Part shown: positions 24,787-33,966 of the stretch, piece by piece
Layout: the number at the start of each line of letters is the position of its first letter
Position numbering within the stretch: position 1 is the stretch's first letter
NCBI GenBank assembly: GCA_964414185.1
Contig: CAYPVK010000005.1
Location: 30,876-94,875 of the forward strand
Direction: 5' to 3'
DNA from: an uncultured Lactobacillales bacterium
GTDB lineage: Bacteria; Pseudomonadota; Alphaproteobacteria; CAAHEQ01; UBA3637
DNA length: 64,000 nt
Notes under the pieces: model-generated
Database searches by the model: none
Seen by the model: the letters and a program-made list of their open reading frames with translations, nothing else
Told to the model about the DNA's origin: nothing
Translations under genes and position numbers: made by a program

Positions 24787-25761
24787 ATGGAAAAGAAAAT
24801 AAACATCGGCGTTATCGGGTACGGCACGGTCGGGCGCGGTACCGTCCAAACGTTAATCGGAAATGCCGAAGAAATCAAACGCAAAACAAAAATAAATGCG
24901 GTTGTCGCGGGTGTAGCCGATACGCAGATTGCGGATAAAAATGATTTGTATCTGGAACGGGTGCCGATAAAAACCGTTGATGCGGACGAATTAATCGAAA
25001 ATCCCGATATCGACGTCGTTGTTGAACTTATCGGCGGTACGGGCGCGGCGTTTGATATTATTTTAAAAGCTTTAAAAAACGGCAAACATGTCGTTACGGC
25101 CAATAAAGCTTTGTTGGCAACGCGCGGCAAAGAATTGATTGCGGCGGCGGTACAATCGCACCGCCGTTTGATGTTTGAAGCCGGCGTGGGCGGCGGTATT
25201 CCGGTTTTAAGCGTTTTGCAAAATGATTTAACGGCCAATAAGATTTTAAAAATCGAAGGCATTGTCAACGGTACATGCAACTACATTTTAACGCGGATGG
25301 AACAAGAAAAGTTGCCCTTTGAAACGATTTTGGCTGATGCCCAGAAGTTGGGTTATGCCGAAGCGGATCCGAGCGGCGACGTCGAAGGGTACGACAGTGT
25401 TTATAAAATGATTATTTTGGCGTATTTGGCGTATGGCAAATGGGTGGATGTCAAAGACGTTACACGTGTCGGTATCACGAAAATCGATTTGGCTCAGATT
25501 GAAGCGGCCCATTTGGCGGGCAAGCGTATTAAATTAATCGGAACGGTTGAAAAGCAAGGTAATGATATTTTTGTTGCCGTTAAACCGACGGCTGTTGAAA
25601 TCGGCACGCAGCTTGCGGCTGTCAGTGGCGTTTTCAACGGCATTCAAATTACGGGCGATAAGGTCGGCCCGTTGTTTTTGCAAGGCCAAGGCGCGGGGTC
25701 TTTGGCAACCGCCAGTGCGGTTTGTGCCGATATTTTAAAAATTGCGGGTGCGGCCGAATAG
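24787..25761 (+). CDS. hom: Homoserine dehydrogenase (short form, no ACT domain)
   Basis: 324 aa. Has the NAD-binding GVIGYGTVGRG and the catalytic region ANKALLA...EAGVGGGIP. Confidence 0.85.
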   Translation: MEKKINIGVIGYGTVGRGTVQTLIGNAEEIKRKTKINAVVAGVADTQIADKNDLYLERVPIKTVDADELIENPDIDVVVELIGGTGAAFDIILKALKNGKHVVTANKALLATRGKELIAAAVQSHRRLMFEAGVGGGIPVLSVLQNDLTANKILKIEGIVNGTCNYILTRMEQEKLPFETILADAQKLGYAEADPSGDVEGYDSVYKMIILAYLAYGKWVDVKDVTRVGITKIDLAQIEAAHLAGKRIKLIGTVEKQGNDIFVAVKPTAVEIGTQLAAVSGVFNGIQITGDKVGPLFLQGQGAGSLATASAVCADILKIAGAAE

Positions 25762-25847
25762 AGTTATGTAATCTTGCAAGAAAAAAAAGGCGCCGTTTAA
25801 ACGTCCTTTATTTCATTTGTTAAAGTTTATTTATTGTTGACGGTTGA

Positions 25848-26507
25848 TTATGGCCGATAAATTTTGTCAATGAACTTTTGAACGGTCGGCAATATTTTTT
25901 GAACCATGATGTCAACGCCTTTCGCACTCGGGTGAATGTGGTCTGCCAATACGTTTTTGTTAGGCATTTGCAATGTTATCAACGAAGTCCCTTTAAAAAC
26001 GCCGTCCATGAAAAACGGATAAAAAACCAGGTTATGTTTTTGGGCCAAATCCGCATACATTTTTTTGAATTGTTGTTGATACGGGGCGGGTTTAATCAGC
26101 GGTGCCTGCATGCCGACCAACAAAACGGGAATATCATAATTTTGAAACGTTTGAATCAGCTGTTCCAAATTGCCGTTAATCGTTTCGATCGGTTCGTCGC
26201 GCAAAGCGTCATTAATGCCCAGTTCCAAAATGACCGCATCGGGTTTTTGAGCCAAAGCTGTTGAAAGTTTTTGAACGCCGCCCGCCGTTGTTTCGCCCGA
26301 ACGGCTGAAGTTGATGACAGTAAGGTTGTTATAGCCTTTGCTTTTTAGCGCCTTGCCCAATTTTGAATAAAATGAATCCATCGCGTTTAAACCGTAACCG
26401 GCACTTAAAGAATCCCCCATAACCATCAGGTTAAACGGTTTGGCTGCCGCTGTCAGCGAAACGGCGTTTATGAAAGCGGCACATATCAAAATCCATAAAT
26501 AATGCAT
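25848..26507 (-). CDS. SGNH/GDSL hydrolase, TesA-like arylesterase/lysophospholipase
   Basis: Signal peptide, the GDSLSAGYG block I, and a DxxH motif near the C-terminus (DHIHPS). Confidence 0.75.
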   Translation of the reverse strand: MHYLWILICAAFINAVSLTAAAKPFNLMVMGDSLSAGYGLNAMDSFYSKLGKALKSKGYNNLTVINFSRSGETTAGGVQKLSTALAQKPDAVILELGINDALRDEPIETINGNLEQLIQTFQNYDIPVLLVGMQAPLIKPAPYQQQFKKMYADLAQKHNLVFYPFFMDGVFKGTSLITLQMPNKNVLADHIHPSAKGVDIMVQKILPTVQKFIDKIYRP

Positions 26508-26711
26508 ATTTTCCTCCTTATCATATTTTTAACTATATATATTTTTGCCGATTGGTACAAGTATCGAATAGAAATGCCGTAAAAAAACGCCGACGATTCT
26601 AAATCATCGGCGAGAAAAAAAATAAAACAACGCATACCTTTGATTTATTTTTTATCATTTCGGTCGAACGGAAAAACATTTCGGCATAACATACCGATTT
26701 TGTTCGCCTGA

Positions 26712-28109
26712 TTAAGCGATTTTTTTATATTTGCCCGCGGTGGATTTATAAATGTAATTTTCGTATTTGATAATTTGATACTTTTGCGCGACCAATTCTT
26801 GACGCATTGTATTTTCTTTGTTAATGGCTTCAAGCAAATCTTTAAATTCCGCTTTGCCGTTATCATAACGGATTTGGTAGTATTTGGTAATTTTAACCGC
26901 GTTTTTGTAATTCGCTTCAAGGTTTTTGAAAATTTCCAAAGATTTTTCATAAGCGTAATAATAATAAGCCGTTTCATTTAACGCTTGGTTCAGCGTATCA
27001 TTAAATTCAATCAACGTTATTTCATAATCCGCTTTGGAAATTTTAATGTTGTTTTTGATTCGGTTGTAATCCAAAAACGGCAAATCAACACCGACCGAAC
27101 CGAACACAATCGGGAAATCAAACGTGCTGCGCGCTTTGTCGGAACTTGAACTGATGGCACCTTGTAATGATACGGTCGGATAGTAATTTTTTTCTTGCGC
27201 ATTTAAATTTTTAAACGCTTTTTCCAAACGGTATTGTGCGGCCATCAAATCCGGACGATTTGCCAAAACCGATAACGGTACATTCATATCAACCGACAAT
27301 ATTTTTTGATTGATTAGATTTTCATATTTCAAATCCAATGTGTCATCGGGTCCGGCGGCAACAATATTTTTTAAACTTTGCTCTGTTTCTTTAAACGTTG
27401 TCGTTAACGTCAATAATTTGTTTTTTTCGCTGAGCAAACTTTGGCGTGCTTGTGCCACTTCCAAATTGTCGACTTTGCCGCTTTTATATTTTTGTTCGGT
27501 AATTTTTAATGTATCTTGATAAGATTTAATATTTCGTTCGGCAAGTTTGATTGCGTTGTTTAAATAGGTCAGGTTGAAATATAAATCTATCGTCGAATTA
27601 ATTAACGACAATTTTGCGCTTTGGCGATCCAAAAAAGTAGCTTGGTATTCAAATTCCTGAGCCGTTCGGGCATCTCTGATTTTGCCGTATAAATCCGCTT
27701 CGTAATTTAATGCAAATTCGCCCGAAAAATTAGTTTTGGATTCGTGCCCTTTATTGAGCCCTTTTTGACCCGAAGTACCCAATGAACCGCTGAGCGTCGG
27801 AAATAAATCGCTGGTTGTTAAACTTAAACGAGCCAATTCTTTTTCAATATTGATTGCCGCCTTTAAATAATCCGGATTATTGGTTAAAGCTTTATCAACC
27901 AAAGCGGATAATTCGGGGTTGTCGTATCCTTGCCACCATGTTTCGTCAACACTGTAAGATTCACGTACTTCGGACGTATAATTTAATTTTTGCGCTATGT
28001 CCGGTTCGGTATAGGGCGTAACGGTGCATGCAGCCGTTAAAACCAGGCAAATGCTTAGAGCCGAACCCAAAAGTTTTTGTTTTATTTGAAAGGTGTTGTG
28101 TCGCGTCAT
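26712..28109 (-). CDS. Outer membrane efflux lipoprotein, TolC/NodT family
   Basis: 465 aa. Lipobox LTAAC, then two coiled-coil/beta-barrel repeats typical of OEP proteins. Last gene of the macAB operon. Confidence 0.8.
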   Translation of the reverse strand: MTRHNTFQIKQKLLGSALSICLVLTAACTVTPYTEPDIAQKLNYTSEVRESYSVDETWWQGYDNPELSALVDKALTNNPDYLKAAINIEKELARLSLTTSDLFPTLSGSLGTSGQKGLNKGHESKTNFSGEFALNYEADLYGKIRDARTAQEFEYQATFLDRQSAKLSLINSTIDLYFNLTYLNNAIKLAERNIKSYQDTLKITEQKYKSGKVDNLEVAQARQSLLSEKNKLLTLTTTFKETEQSLKNIVAAGPDDTLDLKYENLINQKILSVDMNVPLSVLANRPDLMAAQYRLEKAFKNLNAQEKNYYPTVSLQGAISSSSDKARSTFDFPIVFGSVGVDLPFLDYNRIKNNIKISKADYEITLIEFNDTLNQALNETAYYYYAYEKSLEIFKNLEANYKNAVKITKYYQIRYDNGKAEFKDLLEAINKENTMRQELVAQKYQIIKYENYIYKSTAGKYKKIA

Positions 28110-28121
28110 TTTATTATCCTA

Positions 28122-30062
28122 TCATTCACTCGCTAAAGCATCTATGGGGTTTAAATTGGAAGCGTTTTTGGCCGGCATGTATCCGAAAATAATGCCGATG
28201 GCACTTGAACAAACCAATGCAAAAACCATTGACGATGTGGAAAAATCCATACCGAAACTTTCCGAAAAGGTATTGAACGCCCATCCGATTAATAATGACA
28301 ATCCCACGCCGAAAGCGCCGCCGACAATACAAATTAAAACAGCTTCAATTAAAAATTGTTGCAAAATATCCGCTTGTTTCGCACCGATTGCCATGCGGAT
28401 GCCGATTTCTTTCGTGCGTTCGGTTACCGATACCAACATGATGTTCATCACGCCGATACCGCCGACAATCAACGAAATAACGGCAATCGAAGCAATCAAC
28501 AACCGCATGGTATTGGTTGTGCTTTCGATTGTTTGTTTAATGCTGTCGGTATTAATCATAAAGAAATCTTTTTTGCCGTGCAATGATGTTAAAATGTGTT
28601 CAATGCTTTCTTCGGCCACTTGCGAATTAATAAAGTCGGACACTTTTACCGTTATGGAATTGATGTCGTCATTCCCGTTGATTTTATACATAGCCGTCGT
28701 ATAAGGCGTCCATATGTTCATTGTTTCGCTCATAGGCCCGGAATTGTTGTCTTTTTCGGTAATGCCGATGACTTTCAACGGTTTTTTGTTGATGATAATT
28801 ATTTCGCCGACAGGATTCGGATTGTCGGGAAAAATTTCATTTAATGTATTATCGTCGATAACGGCAACCGATGCCATTTGATTCACTTCATCTTTCGTGA
28901 AAATTCGGCCTTGGGCTATCTTGCGTCCTTTTACTTCAAAGTACGATTCGCCGACGCCGCGCAAGGACGCCGTTGCGGAAAGGTTCCCGTAAACCAACGT
29001 GCCGCTTGCCGATACGTTCGGTGTCGAATTGTCAATAAACCCTTGTTTGGCCAAATAATTCGAATCGCTGACCTTCAATGTTTTGACTTTGCCCGACCGC
29101 ATGTCGCCGAAACCGGTCCCCGGCATAATGTCAATCGTGTTTGTTCCCATTTGATTGATGCGTTCCATGATTTTGGCTTGGCTTGCATTGCCGAGCGCCA
29201 CGACGCATACCACTGACGCAATGCCGATAATGATACCCAACATTGTCAATAAAGAACGCATTTTGTTGGCTAAGATTGCATGCATGGACATGTTAAGTGA
29301 TTCGAAAAATCCGTCTTTAAGCGCTTCAAATTTGTGTTTTTGAATTTTATTGATTTTATCCTTTAATTCCGAAAATTTGTTTGCTTTGCGTTCATCCTTG
29401 ACGATTTGCCCGTCTTTGATTTCGATGATTCGGCTGGCTTGGGACGCAATGGAAGTATCATGCGTAACAAGGATAATCGTATGGCCTTGTTCATGCAAAC
29501 TTTTAATGATTTCCATGACCATTTTTCCGCTTTGAGAATCAAGTGCGCCCGTCGGTTCGTCCGCCAAAATGATTTCGCCGCCGTTCATCAATGCTCTTGC
29601 AATGCTGACGCGTTGTTGTTGGCCGCCGGACAGTTCGTTGGGGCGGTTATTTAATTTGTCACCCATATTTAATTTTTTCAAAAGCTCAATGGCGCGTTTT
29701 GTTCTGTCTTGCGCGCTTAAGCCCAAATAAATGGCGGGCAGAGCGGTATTGTCGGTCGCTTTTAAAGATGATAATAAATTATAGCGTTGGAAAATAAAAC
29801 CGAATGTTTTGCAACGTAAATCCGCCAATTGGTCTTTGTTCATTTTGCCCGCTTCGACACCGTTGATTTTGTACGAACCGGTTGTCGGCACGTCCAAGCA
29901 TCCGATAATGTTCATCATTGTGGATTTGCCCGAACCCGATTGCCCGATAATGGCAACAAAATCGCCCTTTTCAATGCTTAAATCAATGTCTTTCAGCACA
30001 TGTACGCGATTTGCGCCGCTCCCGAAAAATTTATTGATTTTTTTCAGTTCAATAATGTTCAT
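28122..30062 (-). CDS. macB: MacB-type ABC transporter (fused ATPase-permease)
   Basis: 646 aa with Walker A GQSGSGKST, the LSGGQQQR signature and a C-terminal FtsX-like 4-TM permease domain. Confidence 0.9.
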   Translation of the reverse strand: MNIIELKKINKFFGSGANRVHVLKDIDLSIEKGDFVAIIGQSGSGKSTMMNIIGCLDVPTTGSYKINGVEAGKMNKDQLADLRCKTFGFIFQRYNLLSSLKATDNTALPAIYLGLSAQDRTKRAIELLKKLNMGDKLNNRPNELSGGQQQRVSIARALMNGGEIILADEPTGALDSQSGKMVMEIIKSLHEQGHTIILVTHDTSIASQASRIIEIKDGQIVKDERKANKFSELKDKINKIQKHKFEALKDGFFESLNMSMHAILANKMRSLLTMLGIIIGIASVVCVVALGNASQAKIMERINQMGTNTIDIMPGTGFGDMRSGKVKTLKVSDSNYLAKQGFIDNSTPNVSASGTLVYGNLSATASLRGVGESYFEVKGRKIAQGRIFTKDEVNQMASVAVIDDNTLNEIFPDNPNPVGEIIIINKKPLKVIGITEKDNNSGPMSETMNIWTPYTTAMYKINGNDDINSITVKVSDFINSQVAEESIEHILTSLHGKKDFFMINTDSIKQTIESTTNTMRLLIASIAVISLIVGGIGVMNIMLVSVTERTKEIGIRMAIGAKQADILQQFLIEAVLICIVGGAFGVGLSLLIGWAFNTFSESFGMDFSTSSMVFALVCSSAIGIIFGYMPAKNASNLNPIDALASE

Positions 30063-30065
30063 GTG

Positions 30066-31244
30066 CTAAAATCCTCTCGGGCCTCTGATTGATGCCGTTT
30101 TATCCGAAATTTGAGAAGAAGATAGGGCAGCTATGACAATTTTTTCCCCTTCTTGAACGCCTTCCGTAACGGCAATGTTTAATCCGTCGGAAATGCCGGT
30201 TTTGATATGCCGTTTTTGCGTCCCTTCATCGGTTAATATTTCGACATATTTATCATTTCCGCTGCCTTTGACGGCGATGGAAGGCACTGTCAAAACATTT
30301 TCGGCATTTTCGACATAAATAACGTTTTGCGTGGTCATGCCGATACGCAATTTCCCGTCTGCATTCGGAACGATTAAACGGCCGTAATAATAAATGGCTT
30401 CGCTTGACCCGACTACTTCGGCGTATTCCCCGTTAGTCAGCAATGTCAATCCCGGGTCGATAGATTTCAAAATTGTTTCATATGTTTTGTCCAAATCGGC
30501 CAAAGTATGATAAGTCACTTTTACGCCCGGTTTTATATTGTTGATGTCACCTTCGGAAATTTCAATCAAAATTTCCATTTCCGCCAAATCCGCAATTTGT
30601 ACGATTGTCGGCGTATTCATGGCGGCGTTGACCGTTTGTCCTTCTTTGACGGGGACGGATACAACCGTTCCGTCAAGCGGTGCGGTGATTTTTGTATAAC
30701 CTAAGTTTGTTTCGGCGGTGCTGAGAGCAATTTTGGTTTCTTTAATCGCCGATTGCAATTCGATGACTTTTGATTTCGCGCTTTCGTATGCATCGTTTGC
30801 GTTTTCCAAATCTTCCGCCGATGCGGCATTTTGTTTGTTAAGGGATTGCATACGTTCATATTGTTTTTTTGCGATTTTAAGCGATATATCCGCAGCATTT
30901 AATTGCGCTTCATAACTGGTTAATTTGGCTTTTGTGCTGTCCACTTCGTTTTGTTGTGTCGTCAAATCGATTTGGGCAATCATGTCTCCCTTTTTGACTT
31001 GGTCGCCGACTTTGACATACAATTTTTCGATTTTCCCGGAAGCCTGTGCACCGACCGTTACCAATTCGATGGCCCGTACTTCGCCCGTTGCGTTGACGAC
31101 TTTTTGAATATTTTGTCGCTTGACGGTATCGGTAATATATTCAATGGTATCCGCCGGCGCGAAATATTTGTAGGCATAAAAGCCGATAACTAAAATTATC
31201 AAACTGTAAATAAAAAATTTCGTATGTTTCTTTAAAAAATTCAT
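30066..31244 (-). CDS. macA: Periplasmic adaptor (membrane fusion protein), MacA/HlyD family
   Basis: 392 aa with an N-terminal TM, a coiled-coil hairpin and beta-barrel domains. The 4-nt gap to macB suggests translational coupling. Confidence 0.85.
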   Translation of the reverse strand: MNFLKKHTKFFIYSLIILVIGFYAYKYFAPADTIEYITDTVKRQNIQKVVNATGEVRAIELVTVGAQASGKIEKLYVKVGDQVKKGDMIAQIDLTTQQNEVDSTKAKLTSYEAQLNAADISLKIAKKQYERMQSLNKQNAASAEDLENANDAYESAKSKVIELQSAIKETKIALSTAETNLGYTKITAPLDGTVVSVPVKEGQTVNAAMNTPTIVQIADLAEMEILIEISEGDINNIKPGVKVTYHTLADLDKTYETILKSIDPGLTLLTNGEYAEVVGSSEAIYYYGRLIVPNADGKLRIGMTTQNVIYVENAENVLTVPSIAVKGSGNDKYVEILTDEGTQKRHIKTGISDGLNIAVTEGVQEGEKIVIAALSSSQISDKTASIRGPRGF

Positions 31245-31253
31245 GACAAGCCT

Positions 31254-31688
31254 TTACAATACTTTTTCAATAATGCGGTTAATGTTTTCAAGACATGATT
31301 TAAGTTCGTTTAAATCCTTCTCGGATAATTTGGAAAAGGTGGCCGATATGACATTTCTGGCTTTGCTTTGGTTTTCATCAAGCGTTTTTTCCCCTTTCCC
31401 GGTCAAAAAATAATATGTGTTGCGCCGATCGTTTTTATCGATTTCGCGCCCGACAAGGCCTTCTTTGACCAAGCCGTTGTACAGGCTGCACAAATTTTGG
31501 GTTGAATGGCCGGTTTGAAGTGCAATATCTTTTAATCTTGCTTTACCCACTTCGCGCAAATCGTCCAACATAAAAATCTTTGGCGGCCTTTCTTTCGGTT
31601 CTTCAACACAATTCCATAGCATTTTGCCGAACCGGCGGTGGTTGCCGGCCATTTTTATAAATTCCGAAACGACTTCGTTAACGTTCAT
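31254..31688 (-). CDS. MarR-family transcriptional regulator
   Basis: The track ORF extends to 31766. The likely start is MNVNEVVSEF at 31688 (AAGGA RBS), giving 144 aa. The winged HTH is LHSTQNLCSLYNGLVKEGLV. First gene of the efflux operon. Confidence 0.75.
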   Translation of the reverse strand: MNVNEVVSEFIKMAGNHRRFGKMLWNCVEEPKERPPKIFMLDDLREVGKARLKDIALQTGHSTQNLCSLYNGLVKEGLVGREIDKNDRRNTYYFLTGKGEKTLDENQSKARNVISATFSKLSEKDLNELKSCLENINRIIEKVL

Positions 31689-31971
31689 TTTCGTCCTTTT
31701 TACCTTTTTGTTGGTTCTAAACCTTGTACCGAAATTTTGTGCACAATCATTCAATAATTTAATCATTAAATTTTTTAATAGTCAAGTACAATTATCGTTT
31801 TTGTGTTGTTTTTTATTGATACGGCTCATTTGGCGAAAAGTTGCGCAAAAAATAATTTTTTACGAAAATTTTATTGGAAAATTCAGGATAATCTTCAAAA
31901 AAAACTTGATTTTTCATTTGTTTTGTTATAGCTTCCCTTTACTCATCGGAGGATGTTCGTCGCAACGGATA

Positions 31972-32020
31972 AGCCGGATAAGATGGCGGGTGCGCCCGTT
32001 TTTCTTATCGGCTTTTTTTA
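31972..32020 (+). promoter_or_regulatory. Terminator-like compound hairpin plus T8 in the 5' leader of the MATE gene (candidate attenuator)
   Basis: GCCGGATAAGA...TCTTATCGGC encloses an inner GGCGGG/CCCGCC stem and is followed by TTTTTTTT 18 nt before the start codon. The CGGATAA motif recurs three times. Confidence 0.45.
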
Positions 32021-32037
32021 TTTAACGGATAAAGAAA

Positions 32038-33363
32038 ATGAATATGGCTTTAAACAGGAATACAAAATTATTTTTATCTTATGTGCTGCCGTCAATGGTC
32101 GGTATGTTGATTGTCGGTTCTTACAGTATTGTCGATACGATTTTTATCGGGCAAGCTACCGGAGAATTGGGATTGGCATCCGTTGCCGTTACTTGGCCGT
32201 TGGTGATGTTGTTCGGAGCTATCGGCGATATGCTCGGGACAGGGGGTGCCATTATCATTTCGCAATCCCGCGGCAGCGATAATTTGTCAAAAGCGCGGTT
32301 GATTTTTGGGAATATGTTGTGTTTTCAAGTCATTTTCGGTTTTATCCTGATGGGAATAATAATTTATTTCCTTGTTGACATTTTGCGTTTATTCGGTGCC
32401 GAAGAAGAATTGTTGCCCGGTGCGATATGCTATTCTCGGATAATTATTTACGGTGCTTTGGCGTGTATGTTGATGATGGCGGTGTCGTCGGTTATTCGCA
32501 ATGACGGCCGTCCCGTATTGTCGATGTGGCTGACAATTGGCGGTTTGTTTTTAAATATTTTGCTTGATTACATCTTTATTTTCCCTTTAAACGGCGGTAT
32601 TGCGGGCGCGGCGTATGCAACGGTTGTTTCCGAATCGATTATCGCCGTTGCGGGATTGGTTTATTTCGCCACAAAATATACGGATTTGCGTTACGGTTGG
32701 AATATGTTCAAATTGAAAACGGCATATTTAAAAGAAATTATAATCAACGGTTTTCCCTCTTTGGGCAATCAGCTGTCTATTATCGCCATGTTGTTTTTTC
32801 ATAATTATCAATCTCTTAAATATGGCGGAATCAATGGTTTGGCCGCGTATACTTTTATCGGCGCGGTTGAATCTTTGGGATCGCTTTTGATGACCGGTTT
32901 GTCTCTCGGCGTACAACCGTTGGCGGCTTATCTTTATGGTGGAAAAAAATACCGCCGTCAAAATATTATAGGCACCATGGGATATTTTACGGCTTTTGTT
33001 TTGGGAATTATTTTGATGCTGGTTTCATTGGCAGGACATAATATTTTCCCGGCTTGGTTTAATTTAAGCGGTGAAGCGGCAATTTTGGCTTCCCATGGTT
33101 TGATTATCAGCTCTACGGCATTTATTTTGCTGGGGGTTGTTCGCGTTGCCGGATATTATTATCAAGCAACGGGAAAAGTGTTGGATTCGTCTTTGTTAAT
33201 TTACGGCGATGCTTTTTTTGCTTTGCCCTTATGCCTGTTTACTTTGCCGTATTGGTTCGGTTTGGACGGTGTTTGGCTGGCAATGCCGGTTTCCCGCCTT
33301 ATTCTTTTTGCTTTCGTTTGTTGGTTGTGGTTTGGCAAAAAAAGCGCTGTCTTTCGCAGATAA
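32038..33363 (+). CDS. MATE-family multidrug/toxin efflux transporter
   Basis: 441 aa with 12 predicted TM helices. The N-terminus LFLSYVLPSMVGMLIVGSYSIVDTIFIG is typical of NorM/DinF-like MATE proteins. Confidence 0.85.
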   Translation: MNMALNRNTKLFLSYVLPSMVGMLIVGSYSIVDTIFIGQATGELGLASVAVTWPLVMLFGAIGDMLGTGGAIIISQSRGSDNLSKARLIFGNMLCFQVIFGFILMGIIIYFLVDILRLFGAEEELLPGAICYSRIIIYGALACMLMMAVSSVIRNDGRPVLSMWLTIGGLFLNILLDYIFIFPLNGGIAGAAYATVVSESIIAVAGLVYFATKYTDLRYGWNMFKLKTAYLKEIIINGFPSLGNQLSIIAMLFFHNYQSLKYGGINGLAAYTFIGAVESLGSLLMTGLSLGVQPLAAYLYGGKKYRRQNIIGTMGYFTAFVLGIILMLVSLAGHNIFPAWFNLSGEAAILASHGLIISSTAFILLGVVRVAGYYYQATGKVLDSSLLIYGDAFFALPLCLFTLPYWFGLDGVWLAMPVSRLILFAFVCWLWFGKKSAVFRR

Positions 33364-33560
33364 AATTATTTAAATATCGATATGTCGAATGGGGTGTTTG
33401 ATAGGATATCCCCGACTTTTAAATCATTTTAACGGGGCAAAAGGCGTATTTGCGAATCGGAAATGATTTAGGGCAGGGGGGATAAAAGAGACTTCAAAAT
33501 TTTTCGAAAGCTCAAAAAAATGTTTAGAATCGGCAAAAGCCAAGCAAGAACAATTTTAAA

Positions 33561-33598
33561 AAATAAACAAAAAAAGCCTTTGATAAATCAAAGGCTTA
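33561..33598 (-). terminator. Intrinsic terminator downstream of tRNA-Lys
   Basis: AAGCCTTTGAT-AAA-TCAAAGGCTT hairpin followed on the minus strand by a U-rich run. Confidence 0.6.
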
Positions 33599-33601
33599 AA
33601 A

Positions 33602-33677
33602 TGGTGAGCGTGCAGGGATTCGAACCCTGGGCCCTCTGATTAAAAGTCAGATGCTCTACCGGCTGAGCTACACACTC
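33602..33677 (-). tRNA. tRNA-Lys (anticodon UUU)
   Basis: The reverse complement GAGTGTGTAGCTCAGCCGGTAGAGCATCTGACTTTTAATCAGAGGGCCCAGGGTTCGAATCCCTGCACGCTCACCA folds as a cloverleaf: 7-bp acceptor stem, anticodon loop CTTTTAA, T-loop GGTTCGAATCC, encoded CCA. Confidence 0.9.
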
Positions 33678-33966
33678 ATAATCTGTAAAACAGATAGACT
33701 GAATTATGCATAAAAAAATCCGTAAGTCAACCTTTTTTTTGCGTATTTTTTATTTTTTTGTTGTTTTTAACAAAAATTAAATTTTTTCAAACATAATTTG
33801 GGTTTATAAATTCCCCGAAACCGTTATTTTAAAAGCGGTTTTGTCATGTATTGTATTTTTCCCCGTTGCCATGTAAAAATTTCAACACTATTTTCATGCC
33901 TGTAAATTTCTTTTTAAAAATGTTTGATTTTTATGGCATAAAATGATGTAATATTTATAAAAAAGA

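Noticed and set aside
31972-32020. Similarity of GCCGGATAAG...CTTATCGGC to enterobacterial REP elements
   Set aside because: Only one copy is seen in 64 kb, and the organism is not enterobacterial. It is more simply read as a gene-specific leader hairpin or terminator.
26712-33677. Efflux genes next to tRNA-Lys considered as a mobile genomic island
   Set aside because: No integrase, transposase, direct repeat of the tRNA end or obvious compositional break is visible in the window. It is kept only as a low-interest flag.
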